64,000 bases of DNA from Candidatus Latescibacterota bacterium (GCA_963791045.1 CAWBQK010000011.1:1-64000); one strand, 5' to 3'. Counted from the stretch's first letter, positions 23,332 to 36,310 are shown. Notes: a model not told the origin generated them from the sequence alone. A program made the numbers and translations.

Positions 23332-23655
23332 TTACACCGAAGTCCGGGACAGCTCTTGGTACGCCTCGAGAAGCTTGTTCCGGATCTCGATCAACAGGTC
23401 CAGCGCCATGTTCGCTTCCTCGACCGCCATCATCACCTGGTGAGGATCGGACAGTTTCCCGTCCGCCAGCGCCTGAACCTGCATATCCGCCTCCTGCTCG
23501 AGACGGGTCACGTCTTGTAGGTATCCTTTGAGGGTCTCCGCGAAAGACGCACCGCCCGCCGGGGCACCGCCTCGGCTCCCCAATCCGTCGGGCGTGGCGC
23601 CCGGACGGATCAGCGGACGATTCACGGGAATGGCGCTTACGGGATTGAACGTCAC
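23332..23655 (-). CDS. fliE: Hook-basal body protein FliE
   Basis: [10 protein letters not shown]...[12 protein letters not shown]. Confidence 0.95.
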   Translation of the reverse strand: MTFNPVSAIPVNRPLIRPGATPDGLGSRGGAPAGGASFAETLKGYLQDVTRLEQEADMQVQALADGKLSDPHQVMMAVEEANMALDLLIEIRNKLLEAYQELSRTSV

Positions 23656-23668
23656 GGTTCCCTACCCC

Positions 23669-24170
23669 CTAGATCTCGAGAGACTTGTTGAACATGCTCT
23701 GGTACGCCTTCATGGCGGCCAGGTTGGCTTCGTACGCCCGCGTGGCCGCGACCATGTCGACCATCTCCGTCACCGTGTTGATGTCGGGCATCTCCACGTA
23801 CCCCGCCTCGTCGGCGTCCGGGTGATGGGGATCGAAGATACGGACGACGTTCGCGTTCTGATCCTCGATTTCGCGGGCCTCCACGGTGCCCGGCCTGCCC
23901 GGATCGCCGGAGCTCCGGGTCGACGAAGCCGAGAGATGCCTCGCCGACGTCCTCGCCATGGAGACGCGGTGGGCCGGACGGCTCGCCGCCCGGGCCGGCG
24001 TGTCCTCGCCCGCCGTCAGTTCGATACGCCGGCGTGCGTAGATCTCCGCCGTCGTCCCCGCGGGTCGTTCCCGCGTTCGCGAGGTTCTTCGCGATCGTCT
24101 CCATCCTCTTCCGCTGGGCCGAGAGGCCGGCGGCGCTGATCCCCATCGGGCCGAAGAGGTCACCGGACAT
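23669..24170 (-). CDS. flgC: Rod protein FlgC (frameshifted)
   Basis: [42 protein letters not shown]...ATRAYEAN. Confidence 0.94.
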
Positions 24171-24199
24171 TTCGCATCACCTCCCGATCGGTCGCCGGA

Positions 24200-24600
24200 T
24201 TAGCTCCGGCCCCGAATACTCGCGCGGATCCCGGCCACGCGCATCGCCGCGAGACGCGCGGCAAGATTGAATCGAAGCTGGTTCTCCGCGAGGGCGACCA
24301 GCTCGGTTTCCAAGATCGACTCCCGTTTCCCCGTCCGAACTCTCGTCTTCGATGATCTCGAACGAGCGCTCGGCTCTTCGCCGCCCCCCGAATGTGGCGG
24401 GCGTCGGTGGTCGCCGGTGCGAGCGAGCTCTCACGGACCCGCGACATCTCCTCGGCGAACTCGCACATCCTTGCGCTTGTAGTCCGGGACTTCGGCGTTC
24501 GCCACGTTCCCGGCGTAGACCCTCTGCCTGATCGCGGCGAAATCCATCACCCGCCTCAGGGTCGGCAGAGAGGTCTTCGAAAACAAATCGAACGCGGACA

Positions 24601-24601
<1 letters not shown>
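24200..24601 (-). CDS. flgB: Rod protein FlgB (frameshifted)
   Basis: RQRVYAGNVANAEVPDYKRKDV; VDLETELVALAENQLRF. Confidence 0.92.
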
Positions 24602-26193
<1,592 letters not shown>

Positions 26194-26197
<4 letters not shown>

Positions 26198-27568
26198 GAG
26201 GTCCTCCTCGGTTCGGCGATCATGTGCATCGCCCGGGCGGACGGAAGCCGGAGGATCACCGTCGTCCCCCGGCCCGGTTCGCTCTCGAGGCCCACATCAC
26301 CCCCGTGGCCGGTCAGGGTGCGCCGGACCGTCGTCAGGCCGAGGCCCACCTGCCGCTCCCGGGTGCTGAAGAAGGGAGAGAAGGCGTTTCCGCGGACTTC
26401 GTCGCTCATGCCCTCTCCCGTATCCCGGACGGAGACGACGACCATCGATTCGTGATCGAGAAGGGCGGCCGAACGGCCTTTCGACGGCGCCGCCCGATTC
26501 CCCCTCCTCGTCCATCGGGTTCTCCACCACGTCGAGGGCGACGGTGATCACGCCCCCGCCGGGCATCGCGTCCCGGGCGTTGGCGAGAAGCCGGCGAAGG
26601 GCGCCGGAGAACTGCTCCTCGTCGATCCGCGCGAGCGCCTCGTTCCGCCCGATCCGGCGTTCCACGCGAACGCCCTCGGCTTCCTCGAGACCCGCTTCGA
26701 AAAGTCGAGCGTCTTCTCCACGACCGCCGCCACGTCGAGACAGCGGTACCGGGCGGGACCACTCCCCGCCCCTTCCAGGAAGCCGGCAGACCGCGCTCTC
26801 CACGCCGGCCACGCCCTCCTGGATCTTGTTCACCAGCTCCGCCCGCTCCGGATCCTTCTCGAGGTCCCGGGCGAGGATCTCGGCGAATCCCGAAACACCC
26901 GCGAGGGGATTCCTGATCTGCCGGGCCACTTCGCCGGACATCTCGCCGACGGCGGCGAGGGTGCGGGTACGGAGGAGTTCCTCTTCCATCAGCTTCGCCC
27001 GGCGGAGATCGACGAAGACCTCCACGGCGCCGAGAACCTCGCCCTCCTCGCCGCGAACGAGGGAGGTGCTGTAACGAACCGGGATCCGGTCGCCGTCGGC
27101 GGCCGCGATCCTCCTTCTCTTCGCCGTCGATCCGGGTTCCCGTCTCGATCGTGTGGAGCAGGCCGAAGCGTCCGCCGGTCCGCCGTCCGATCAGATCTCC
27201 ATAGGGAACCCGACGACCATTTCCTTCGCGTAGCCCGTGATCTTCTCGGCCGCGCGGTTGAACTCGATGATGCGGCCGTCCGGGTCGACGGCGACCACGC
27301 CGACCGGGACGCAGCGGAGGATGCCGTCGAGCCGGGAGGCGAGCTCTTCCGCTCTTCGAGGCTCTCCCGCAGCTTTCGGTTCGACTCCTTCAGAGCCCAG
27401 TCGAGATCGGCGCACCGGCGGCCGAGGTCGGCGCACGTTTCGCGGAGCGCCCCGAGACTCTCGCTGAAGGTCTCGAGGGAATCCCGAAACGCCCCGTCCG
27501 GCGCGGCGAACTGAGATCGCCGCCGTCCATCCGGGCCGCCCCTTCCGAATCGGAATCGTATCGGTCAT
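26194..27568 (-). CDS. PAS-domain sensor histidine kinase-like protein, FlgS/FleS-like (H-box degenerate; frameshifted)
   Basis: PAS GVVAVDPDGRIIEFNRAAEKITGY; H-box GEMSGEVARQIRNPL; HATPase DTGEGM, PFFST, GLGL. Confidence 0.88.
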
Positions 27569-27929
27569 TCGTTCCCCCTCCGCCGGTCATGGCCGGGAAA
27601 ATCGTTCCGGGTCGGTCGATAAGGGGCACCTTTTCCCACCGGTTCCCCTTCCGGCCCTCGCTGTCCTACGTTTCGTACTCCCAAGGGGGAAACCTTGAGC
27701 GGAAAATGCCGAAACCGCGGAAATTCGCACTTAATGTCCCCTCGGGGGCCATAGGAAAGCCCTTCCGGCCCGGCCCAACCGGGGAACCCCTGAAACTTCA
27801 AATGATATCTTTGCAATAAGATATGTCGTTCCATGCTCCCGCGTCCTTGCTCGGAGCCGGCGACGTGAGGATAGGGAAGATCCTTCCGGCGCCCATTTCC
27901 GGGGCTGGTTCCTTCCGCCCGTTACGGGA

Positions 27930-28755
27930 TCAGTCTTTGACGGCCTCGAAAACGATGGCGTTGGGCCCCACGATGCCGAGGGCGGGCCGGTAGAGGTGGT
28001 AGAGGTTCGGCCGGAACCCGATGCGACGGAGTTCGACCAGCATTTCGAGGGAGAAGATCGTATGGACCAGGGCGCCCTTCTTCGCGGATGGGATCGCCGT
28101 GGTACTGGGGTTCGATCAGAAAGACCGTATTCCCTTCGTCGTCCGTTTCGGTCCGGCTTCGTCGAGGAACTCGGTCTGATAGAAAGGCACGGTGAAGACG
28201 TGGCGGCCACCGGGCTTCAAGATCCGGTACACTTCGGCGTGGGCCTCGTAAGGCTCAGGAATGTGCTCGAATACGTCGGAAGAAAGAACGAGATCGACGG
28301 ACCCGTCCGCGAGGGAGAGGGCCTGAAGATCTTCATGGCGAACGCCGTTCATGAGGGCGCCCGGTTCGTACCGGTCACCGAAATATTCGCTGCAAATGTA
28401 GTTCTTCATTCCGGCGAGCCGCTGGTGTACCGCCCCTTCCGCCTCGGTGTTGTAGATGGTCAGGTCGTCGAGCCCCGCCAGTTCGGGGAGAGAGGCCGCC
28501 CGGCGGCCGGCCATCGATGAGGCCGCCCCGCAAAGCACGTACACACGAGCTGTCTCTGCCGGTTCGTGGCCGTGCACTTGGAGCAGCGACAGCTCTCACG
28601 GAGGTTCTGCTCCACCGGTTTCATGGTAGCCACCGATCCACACACGACGCACCGGCCCACACCGACTCCGGTCATCAGCACTGATCTTCTCGAGCCAGGT
28701 ACGGGTCGGATAGATCGGGGTACTTGATCTCCCGTTCCGTTTTCCAAAGAGCCAT
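27930..28755 (-). CDS. Class I SAM-dependent methyltransferase with N-terminal CxxC..CxxC (frameshifted)
   Basis: CVVCG...LRESCRCSKC; HEDLQALSLADGSVDLVLSSDVFEHI...ILKPGG. Confidence 0.85.
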
Positions 28756-28875
28756 GAACACGCTCCCTTTCGATGGAATGGGGGGCTCCCGTTCTGTCAC
28801 GATCGACTCGCTCTCCGAGCTTCGGCAGAAATAGGGACGAGGATTGAGGGAGGGAGAAGCCACGTTCCCAAAATG

Positions 28876-29155
28876 CTATCTCCCGGACTCCTCCTCTGCA
28901 CCCTGGAATGGTGATCGCGGATGGCGGTATCCCACCCGAGGGACACATCGGAGGGATCGTCAAGTCTGATGTCGAGCCGGAGGCTCGGACGGTATCAGTC
29001 CCCCGACAAACCCGCACTGGCCAATTTCCTTGAATTCCTCCGCTGCACTTTGGAGTGGTTATCTTCCATCGGCAATACCCGTCGGCGGGGACAGACACCC
29101 GGGAGGGATGCAACGTCCTCGAGCCGGAGGCTCGGAGGTGTCAGTCCCCCACTCA
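28876..29155 (-). repeat. Two diverged copies of the ~150-bp structured repeat, inverted relative to the next block
   Basis: Reverse complements of the GGGGGACTG..ACC, CGAGCCTCCGGCTCG and CCATTCCAGGGTGCAG blocks, each present twice. Confidence 0.85.
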
Positions 29156-29246
29156 GCTCCGAAGTGACTATGCGAGTTTGGATTGGTGGGGGAGTCCCAC
29201 CAACTTCGCCTGCGGGCTCCTCACCGGTCAAACCTACCTTAGCCAC

Positions 29247-29690
29247 TTTGCAATGAGTGGGGGACTGGCGCCGCCCGAGCCTCCGGCTCAGAAGAACGAA
29301 TTGTGACCTCAGCGGTTCCTGTCCCCCTCCGGACGGATACTGCCATCGAAGATCACCATTCCAGGGTGCAGGGGAGGAATCCAAGGAAGATAGAGGTTTG
29401 CAATGAGTGGGGGACTGGCACCGCCCGAGCCTCCGGCTCGAGAAGACGAATTGTGACCTCAGCGGTTCCTGTCCCCCTCCGGACGGATACTGCCGTGGAA
29501 GATCACCATTCCAGGGTGCAGGAGGAATCCAAGGAAGATAGAGGTTTGCAATGAGTGGGGGACTGGCACCGCCCGAGCCTCCGGCTCGAAAAACGAATTG
29601 TGACCTCAGCGGTTCCTGTCCCCCTCCGGACGGATACTGCACTCGAAGATCACCATTCCAGGGTGCAGAAGAGGAGACCAAGGAAGATAG
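29247..29690 (+). repeat. Three near-identical tandem copies of a ~150-bp repeat
   Basis: Units start TTTGCAATGAGTGGGGGACTGGC at 29247, 29397 and 29545 (periods 150 and 148). Confidence 0.97.
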
Positions 29691-29820
29691 CCGGTTCGGC
29701 TTTCGTCCCCGCCCCCTCCCGATGCCGATCCCCCGTCCCGCCGGCCCTTATCTCAGGAGTGCGTGTCACAACACGCGCTCCCCCAACTCATTCCATAGGG
29801 ACAATGAATCAAAAAAAGTA

Positions 29821-31919
29821 TTAGGCGACGGTGACGTTCTCGGTCTCGGTGAAGACGCGGCGGGCGACTTCGAGGTCGTCCCGAACGCGGGGCAGGAGGT
29901 CGTCGAAGAGTCGCCCATCCCCGAGGGGGAGATGATGGGAGACGAGAGGATCGGCGTGGCGGGCGACGATATCACGGATGCGGTCCGGGTCGTCCCCTTC
30001 CTCGTGGGCGATCACGTCGGCGAGATGGGTCACCCAGACGAGCCGGTCACCTCTTCCGAATGCTCCTCCACCGCCCGCGGCTCGTGATGGTACCGGACCG
30101 CGAGGACCAGCGATTCCGGGAGCCGCCAACGCCCGAGGGCCCACGCGCCGAGCTGGGCGTGGTCGAAACCGATCGCCTCTTTTTCGAGAATCCGGCACTC
30201 CCGCCGTTCGAGGATCAGACTGCGAAGGTGGGCCTGGGATTCCGGAAGTTCCCGGAGGACGACGCCCTTGCCGATGTCGTGGAGCAGCCCGCCCGTGAAC
30301 GCCTCCTCCCCGTCGATCCCGCCGAAACGCCGGGCGAGGGCCCGGCACCAGACGCCGACCCGGATGCCGTGGTCCCAGAGCCGGAGCGATTCTTCGCCCG
30401 TGCCGAGGATCGAGCGGGTCACGTCGGACATGGCCGTGCCGATGACGATGTTCTTCAGCGTGGTCAGGCCGAGCAGGGTGATCGCCATCGGGATGGTGCC
30501 CACCCTGCCCGGAAGCGCGTAGAAAGCGGAGTTGGCCACCTTGAGGAGGCGGACCACGAGACCTTCGTCGGCGGAGATCACCTTGGGCGATGTCGCCCAC
30601 CGAGCTGTTCGGATCCCGGATCAGCTGGGTGACCCTGTGGAGAATGACGGGCACCGACGGCACACGGTCGCCGAGCCCGGGCCGCTCCCGTTCGATGCGC
30701 GCCCCCTCCCGGGTCACATGGCCGGTCGCTCCGGAGGGGGTGATCCGCACCGTGGTGAGTACGCCCTTCCGGAAAGTCCGGACCAGCGCCTCCACCACCT
30801 TCGGATCGAACTCGGTGCCGCTCCCTTTCTGGATGATGTCGATGGCGTCGTTGTGGGCGGAGCCGTCCCGGTAGGGGCGCCCGCTCGTCAGGGCGTCGAA
30901 CACGTCGGCGATGCCGATGATCCGGGCCACCAGGGGGATCTCGTCCCCCACGAGGCCCATCGGATATCCGGAGCCGTCGAGCCGCTCGTGATGGAAGAGG
31001 ATCCCGGGGATCACATGGTCCAGATTGCCCGAGGAGCGCACGATCTCCGCGCCGAGCACCGGGTGCTCCTTGATCGAGGTGATTTCTTCGACGGTGAGCT
31101 TCGTGGGCTTCTGCAAGATCGCGTCGGGGATCCCCACTTTTCCGATGTCGTGAAGCAGGGCGCCGAGACGGAGCTGGTCCCGGAATCCGAAGGGCCGGTC
31201 CGTCGCCTCGTCGATTCCCATTTCGTTCGCCACGGCCATGGCGTAGATCGCCACCCGGTCCGAGTGGCCCCGGGTGTAGGCGTCCCGCGCGTCGAGGGCG
31301 GCGGCGAGGGATTGGATCATGGAATAGAGGATGCCGTGGGTCCGGTTCGTTTCCCATATTTCGGTGACCGTCTGGCCGAGGAGGAACGCGCCGTTGCGGA
31401 GAGAGCAGACGGTCTCCTCCGGGGGGCAGCGCGTCGGGACCGGGCCAAACCGCGCCGAGAACGCCGACCCCTTTTCCTCCTCCGTGGATCGGCACCGCCC
31501 GGAGGGTCACCTTCCCGGAGTCCCCCTCCCCGGCCGGGGGGCCGTCCTCCACACCCTCGAACGCGCCTTCCCCCTCGAGGGATTCGGCGATCCGGGCCAG
31601 ACGATCGCGGACCCACTCCCCCCCCACCTCGGGATTCGGGAAGCCGTGGGCCCAGACGAACCGGAGCCCCTCCGATTCCCCACCGAAACCGGCGAAGGTG
31701 TGCACCGCGTTCGTCCGCCGGGCGAGGAGGCGAAGAAGGCAGGTCATCGCCCGCTGGACGGACCCGGACGTCGCGCCCCCTTCCGCCTGACGGTGCGGAG
31801 CTGATCTCCCAACCGGAGGCGACGAGGTTGCGCAGGATCTTTCCCGCGAAACTCGGATCATCCTCGATGGTGGCGAGGAGAACGGGAAGATCGACCTTTT
31901 GTAGATCCGTTAAGTTCAT
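29821..31919 (-). CDS. HD-GYP phosphodiesterase fused to a C-terminal HDOD domain (frameshifted)
   Basis: DAYTRGHSDRV, LLHDIGK, HHERLDGSGYP; then PSVPVIL, LLKVANSAFY, LWDHG, LLHDIGK, GFDHAQLG, WRLP. Confidence 0.88.
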
Positions 31920-31977
31920 GGATCCTCTTCCGGGATCGGGGGTTCCCTCCACTTTTCGGGAGATTGACCGCTGAAGT

Positions 31978-33092
31978 TTAGCGCTTTGAAGAGGATCCGT
32001 TCGCGAGGACGCGGGCGATCACGGCGCCGCCGAGAAGGCGCTCCCCCCGGTAGAGGACGACGGACTGTCCGGGGGTGATCGACTTTCTGGGGGTGTCTGG
32101 AAGCGGATTTCCCACCGGTCGCCGTCCATGGGGGCGATCGAGGCGGGCGCGGGCTCGTGCCGGTAGCGGATCTTCGCCTCCACCGGACCGGCCCCGAGGA
32201 ACTCGAGGGGAACGAGGAAGTTAGCATCCTCGGCGACGAGCCCGATGCCGTAGAGGTCACTCTCCGGGCCGAGGCGGACCCGGTTCTTCGCGATGTCGAC
32301 ACCGGTCACGTAGAGGGCTTCGCCGGCGGCGACTCCGAGGCCGCGCCGCTGGCCGATGGTGTACCGGGCCGCGCCGTCGTGGCGTCCGATGACGTTGCCC
32401 TCCCCGTCGACGATCTCCCCCTCCTCGGACATGCCGAGAAATCCCCGGAGGTCCCGGTCGGGAAGGAAGCAGATGTCCTGGCTCTCCCGCTTCTCCGCCA
32501 CAGCGTGACCGGCCCGGGAGAGAAGGGCCCGCACTTCGTCCTTCTGGAGATCCCCGACGGGAAAGACGAGTCCGGGAAGGTCTTCGCCGCGGATGCCCCA
32601 GAGCACGTAGGACTGGTCCTTCCCCCGGTCCCGGCCGCGGAGGATCGCCCGCGCCCCGTCGATTTCGGCGAGCCTCACGTAGTGGCCGGTCGCGAGGTAG
32701 GGATAGCCGGAGCGGCGCACCTTATCGAGGAAGAGACGGAACCGCACGTTCCGGTTGCACGACACGCACGGATTCGGCGTGCGGCCCCGGAAGTACTCCT
32801 CCCGGAACGGATCGATGACCCGCTCCCGGAAAGGCTCGCTGAAGTCCCAGACATGATGGGGAATGCCGAGGCGGGCGGCGGTGGACGCGGCGTCCTCGAT
32901 CGCCTCGGCGGAGCAGCAGGATCGATCACTCTCGAGACCGGGATCGTCGCCGAGACAGAAGAGCTTCAGCGTCACGCCCGCCACGTCATAGCCCGCCTCT
33001 TTGAGGAGAAGGGCCGCCGCCGCGCTGTCCACGCCGCCGCTCATGGCGACGGCGATCCGTGCCCCTTTCGGAGGCGAGAGATTCTCGATCAA
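31978..33092 (-). CDS. mnmA: tRNA 2-thiouridylase MnmA
   Basis: AMSGGVDS, TPNPCVSCN, ATGHY, KDQSYVL, ESQDICF, YTIGQRRGLG. Confidence 0.96.
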
Positions 33093-33099
33093 GAGAGGA

Positions 33100-34248
33100 T
33101 CATCCTTTCCCGCGAAGGGCGGAGACGACCTCGGCCAGGGTGTCGGCGAGAAGATCCCCGTCCGATTCGGTGTTGCTCTTGCCGAAGCCGATCCGGATCC
33201 CGCCGAGGGCGAGTTCCCGGGAGTAGCCCATGGCGAGGAGCGTGGCGGAGGGCTCGGGTGAACCGGAGTGGCACGCCGAACCGGTGGAGATCTCGAGACC
33301 CCGTCGGTCGAGCTCCTCGGCGACGGCGCCTCCCGAGACCCCTTCGAAGAGAACATAGCAGGTGCCGGGAATCCGTTCCCGGTCCGCGCCGGCGATGGTG
33401 ACTCCGCGCAGGAGCGAACATATACGGGCTTCGAATCGATCCCGGATCCGGCGGAGCCGGGGTTGCTCGTCCTCCCGTTCCTCCACCGCGAGCCGGAGGG
33501 CGGCGGCGAGGCCGAGGGCGAGGGGAACGCTCTCCGTGCCGGGGCGGCGCCCCCTTCCTGCCCGCCGCCGACCGTGACCGGCCGGAGGGGAGGAAGGCCG
33601 GGGCCGATCACGAGGGCGCCGACGCCTTTCGGTCCGTAGATCTTGTGGCCCACGACGGTGACCATGTCGATCGGATCTTCGCGAAGATCGAGGGGGAGTT
33701 TGCCGGCGGTCTGGGCGGCGTCGGTATGGAACGGGATGCCCCGCTTCCGGCAGAGGGCGCCCACTTCGCGAACGGGTTGAAGAACGCCCGTCTCGTTCTG
33801 GCCGTGAATGAGGGATACGATCCGCGTCTCGTCGTCCATGGCCGAAGCGAAGTCGTCGGGATCGACCGAGCCGGAGGGGCCGACGGGGATTCGCTTCACT
33901 TCGAATCCGTGGGCGGCGAGAAGGGCGGCGGGGGCGTCGACGGCGGGATGCTCCACCTCGGAGATCAGGACGGAACCGGGGGTGTCGGGAGCGGGGATTC
34001 CGAGAATCGCGAGATTGTCCGCTTCGGTGCCGCTTCCGGTGAACACGACGCCTTCCGGTTCGGCGCCGAGGAGGGCGGCGACGGTTTCCCGGGCTTCGCC
34101 CAGCTTCGCCTTGGCCTCCCGCCCGCTCAGGTAGGGGCTCGAGGGTTCCCCCCCACCGGATCACCGCATCGGCCATCACTTCCGCCACTTCGGGGCGAAC
34201 GGGGGTCGTGGCATTATGGTCTAGGTAGACGCGGCGCGGCTCGGGCAT
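33100..34248 (-). CDS. iscS: Cysteine desulfurase, IscS/NifS family (frameshifted)
   Basis: YLDHNATTP, FTGSGTEADN, NETG, HTDAAQ, HKIYGPKG, STGSAC. Confidence 0.92.
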   Translation of the reverse strand: MPEPRRVYLDHNATTPVRPEVAEVMADAVIRWGGTLEPLPERAGGQGEAGRSPGNRRRPPRRRTGRRRVHRKRHRSGQSRDSRNPRSRHPRFRPDLRGGASRRRRPRRPSRRPRIRSEANPRRPLRLGRSRRLRFGHGRRDADRIPHSRPERDGRSSTRSRSGRPLPEAGHPVPYRRRPDRRQTPPRSSRRSDRHGHRRGPQDLRTERRRRPRDRPRPSSPPAGHGRRRAGRGRRPGTESVPLALGLAAALRLAVEEREDEQPRLRRIRDRFEARICSLLRGVTIAGADRERIPGTCYVLFEGVSGGAVAEELDRRGLEISTGSACHSGSPEPSATLLAMGYSRELALGGIRIGFGKSNTESDGDLLADTLAEVVSALRGKG

Positions 34249-34482
34249 GATCGGACTCCTTTCGTCTACTGATGAGTCTAGTCGAAGTGCGCCGCGAAAT
34301 GCAGTGCGACAAGGGAAGTACGGGGGGGGGCATGAGGAATGAGAATGGGCGGCTGGGTGAAGGATCGAGAACCTGGGCGGGGCCTGTGAGCCGATTGAGG
34401 CTGATGTGTGGGGCGGCGACGGGCAAGGGGTCGACCTCCGGCCTCGGAAGGAGCGGTCGTCTCCCTCACCCGCCACCGCCCC

Positions 34483-34577
34483 CTCCCCGTTCGTCCTGCG
34501 GTGCCACCGAACGGGTGAGGTGGTGTATCGGAGCCTGTCCTGAGTAGGACCGAAGGTCCGTATCGAAGGAGATGAAC
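34483..34577. repeat. Two tandem REP-like units (GTCCTG..GTATCG..)
   Basis: Same family as the inverted pair at 51133-51570. Confidence 0.7.
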
Positions 34578-34772
34578 CGGGGAGAAGCCAGGACTGCCGA
34601 TCGGAATCTTGGCGTGGGTCCTGCCCGATCCGCACCGCGTTGAGGGGGGAAAAGGGTCCGCCCACCCGGGCGCTCGAAGACAAACCGACGACGGTGCCCC
34701 GCGCCGACTCGGACAACCAAATTGTCTTCATGAATCGTGATGAGACCCCGCACCGCGATCCCATGGATTCGG

Positions 34773-34883
34773 AATGAGTGGGGGACGCTTCCTTCTCAGC
34801 CTCCGGCTCGGCGATGAGCGGGACCCCGGAAAGGTGCACCGTCGGAGGAATGCCGACGGCAGATCCCCATCCCGAGTGCAGGA
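34773..34883 (+). repeat. Degenerate copy of the ~150-bp repeat
   Basis: AATGAGTGGGGGAC...AGCCTCCGGCTCG...AGATCCCCATCCCGAGTGCAGG. Confidence 0.7.
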
Positions 34884-35155
34884 AATCGAGCGAAGCACTG
34901 AAGCGGGTCCTCACAGTCTCATCCATGCATTTACGTAGCGGGGACGGACACTCCGAGCGTCCGGTGAGAGGCAGCTCTGTAGCTCTCGAGTCTTTGTCGC
35001 AGCGAGGCCCAGACCCGCGACGCCAAGAAATCCGGTGCGGACGAGGCGTCCGGCCGGAGGCGTGGCCTGAGCCACGTCGAGGACCGGTGCCGACGAGGAA
35101 AAAGCCGGGATCGCAGGCAGCGCGCCCGGGCCGCAGATCGGAAGGACGAGAGAAC

Positions 35156-36310
35156 TCAGAGCTCCTCGAGCTTCTGGTATTCTTCCTGTTTCTTCTTCGC
35201 CTCTTCGCGGAGAATCAGCTGCTCCTGCCGGACCGCTTCTTTGCTCGCGTACTCGGACCAGAAAGGATCGCCGAGCCCGGCCGCCTTCTCGAACTTCGCC
35301 TTGGCCTGGGCGAACTGCTTCTTCTCCTCGAGCGCCTTCCCCCACACGCACCATCCCTGGGCGTTGTTCGGGGCCTGGTCGAGGGCGATCTGCACGGTTC
35401 GAATCGACTCATCGTACCGGCCGAGGCTGACCATCAGGTCCGCCAGCCGGACCCGCGCCTCCGCGTCGGCCGGATCGCTCTTGACGACCTTCTCGTAAGT
35501 CGCGACCGCCGCCGTGGTATCCGCCATCCGGAGCTGAAGCACCGCCACGTTCTTCAGGATCGCCGTGTTTTCCGGCTCCATCTCGGCGAGCTGCATGTAG
35601 CGCTCCGCCGCCTTGGGGTAGTTCTCCGTATCGAGGTAGAGCTGGGCCACGTTTTTGATGAGTCGCTTGTTCTCGGGATCCTTCTCGAGCAGCGCTTCCT
35701 GCGTGACGAGAAGTTCGTCGGTCTTTCCGAGTTCCTTGTAGATGCCGGCGAGGATCATCGGATAGTCCTCGTTCTCGGGATCGAGCTCGACCGCCTTCTC
35801 GTACGAGACCTGCGCCTCTTCGTACATCTCGAGCTGCATGTAGTAGTGCCCGAGATCGCTGCGGAGCGTGGCGTCGTCCGGGGAGAGTTCGACCGCCTTC
35901 TCCACCTGCTGGGCGGCGGCGGCGTAGTCTTCCCGGTCGTTGTACATGGCGCCCAGGCGGGCGAATCCGTCGGATCGTCGGGAAAACGCTCGGTGTAGAG
36001 CTTGTACAGCTCGAATGCCTCGTCGCCCCGTTCCTGGGCGCGGACGGCGAAGGCGAGGTTCGCGAGGGCGGTCGAGTTGTCCGGCTGGAGATCGACGACC
36101 TCCTGGTACGCCAGCTCGGCCTGCGGGTAGAGTTCACTGTCGAGATACTGTTTGGCGCTCGACATGAGGCGTTTCGCCTTCGTCTCCGGATCCGAATCGA
36201 CCCGCTCCCGGGTGATGACGTCGTCCTGCACTTCACAAGCGACGCCCCCGATCAACAGAACTGCCGCGAGCGCCGTGAGCAGCCCAGGCCTTACGATTTC
36301 GCACGATCAT
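35156..36310 (-). CDS. TPR-repeat lipoprotein (frameshifted)
   Basis: Hydrophobic leader ending GVAC; multiple TPR helices such as YEKAVELDPEN. Confidence 0.8.

Noticed and set aside
27812-27833. Sigma54 promoter for the sensor kinase (TGGAAC...TTGC)
   Set aside because: Spacing is 11 nt instead of the strict 5 nt
29416-29430. Sigma54-like TGGCAC-N5-GAGC inside the repeat unit
   Set aside because: The -12 box lacks TT and the TGGCAC is not conserved in other copies; it is part of the stem
28995-29681. 228-aa repetitive ORF and the 83-aa plus-strand ORFs over the array
   Set aside because: Periods of 150, 148 and 149 do not keep frame, and copies occur in both orientations in intergenic positions; these are by-products of the DNA repeat
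29247-29690. CRISPR array
   Set aside because: Units are ~150 bp and nearly identical end to end, with no unique spacers between short repeats and no cas genes in the window
32019-34046. 675-aa IscS-MnmA fusion ORF
   Set aside because: Created by a frameshift in iscS; the true IscS C-terminus (STGSAC) is in another frame ending at 33100
34262-34290. IscR/Rrf2-type operator upstream of iscS
   Set aside because: Only a weak partial dyad (GACTA-N3-TCATC), and no Rrf2 gene nearby
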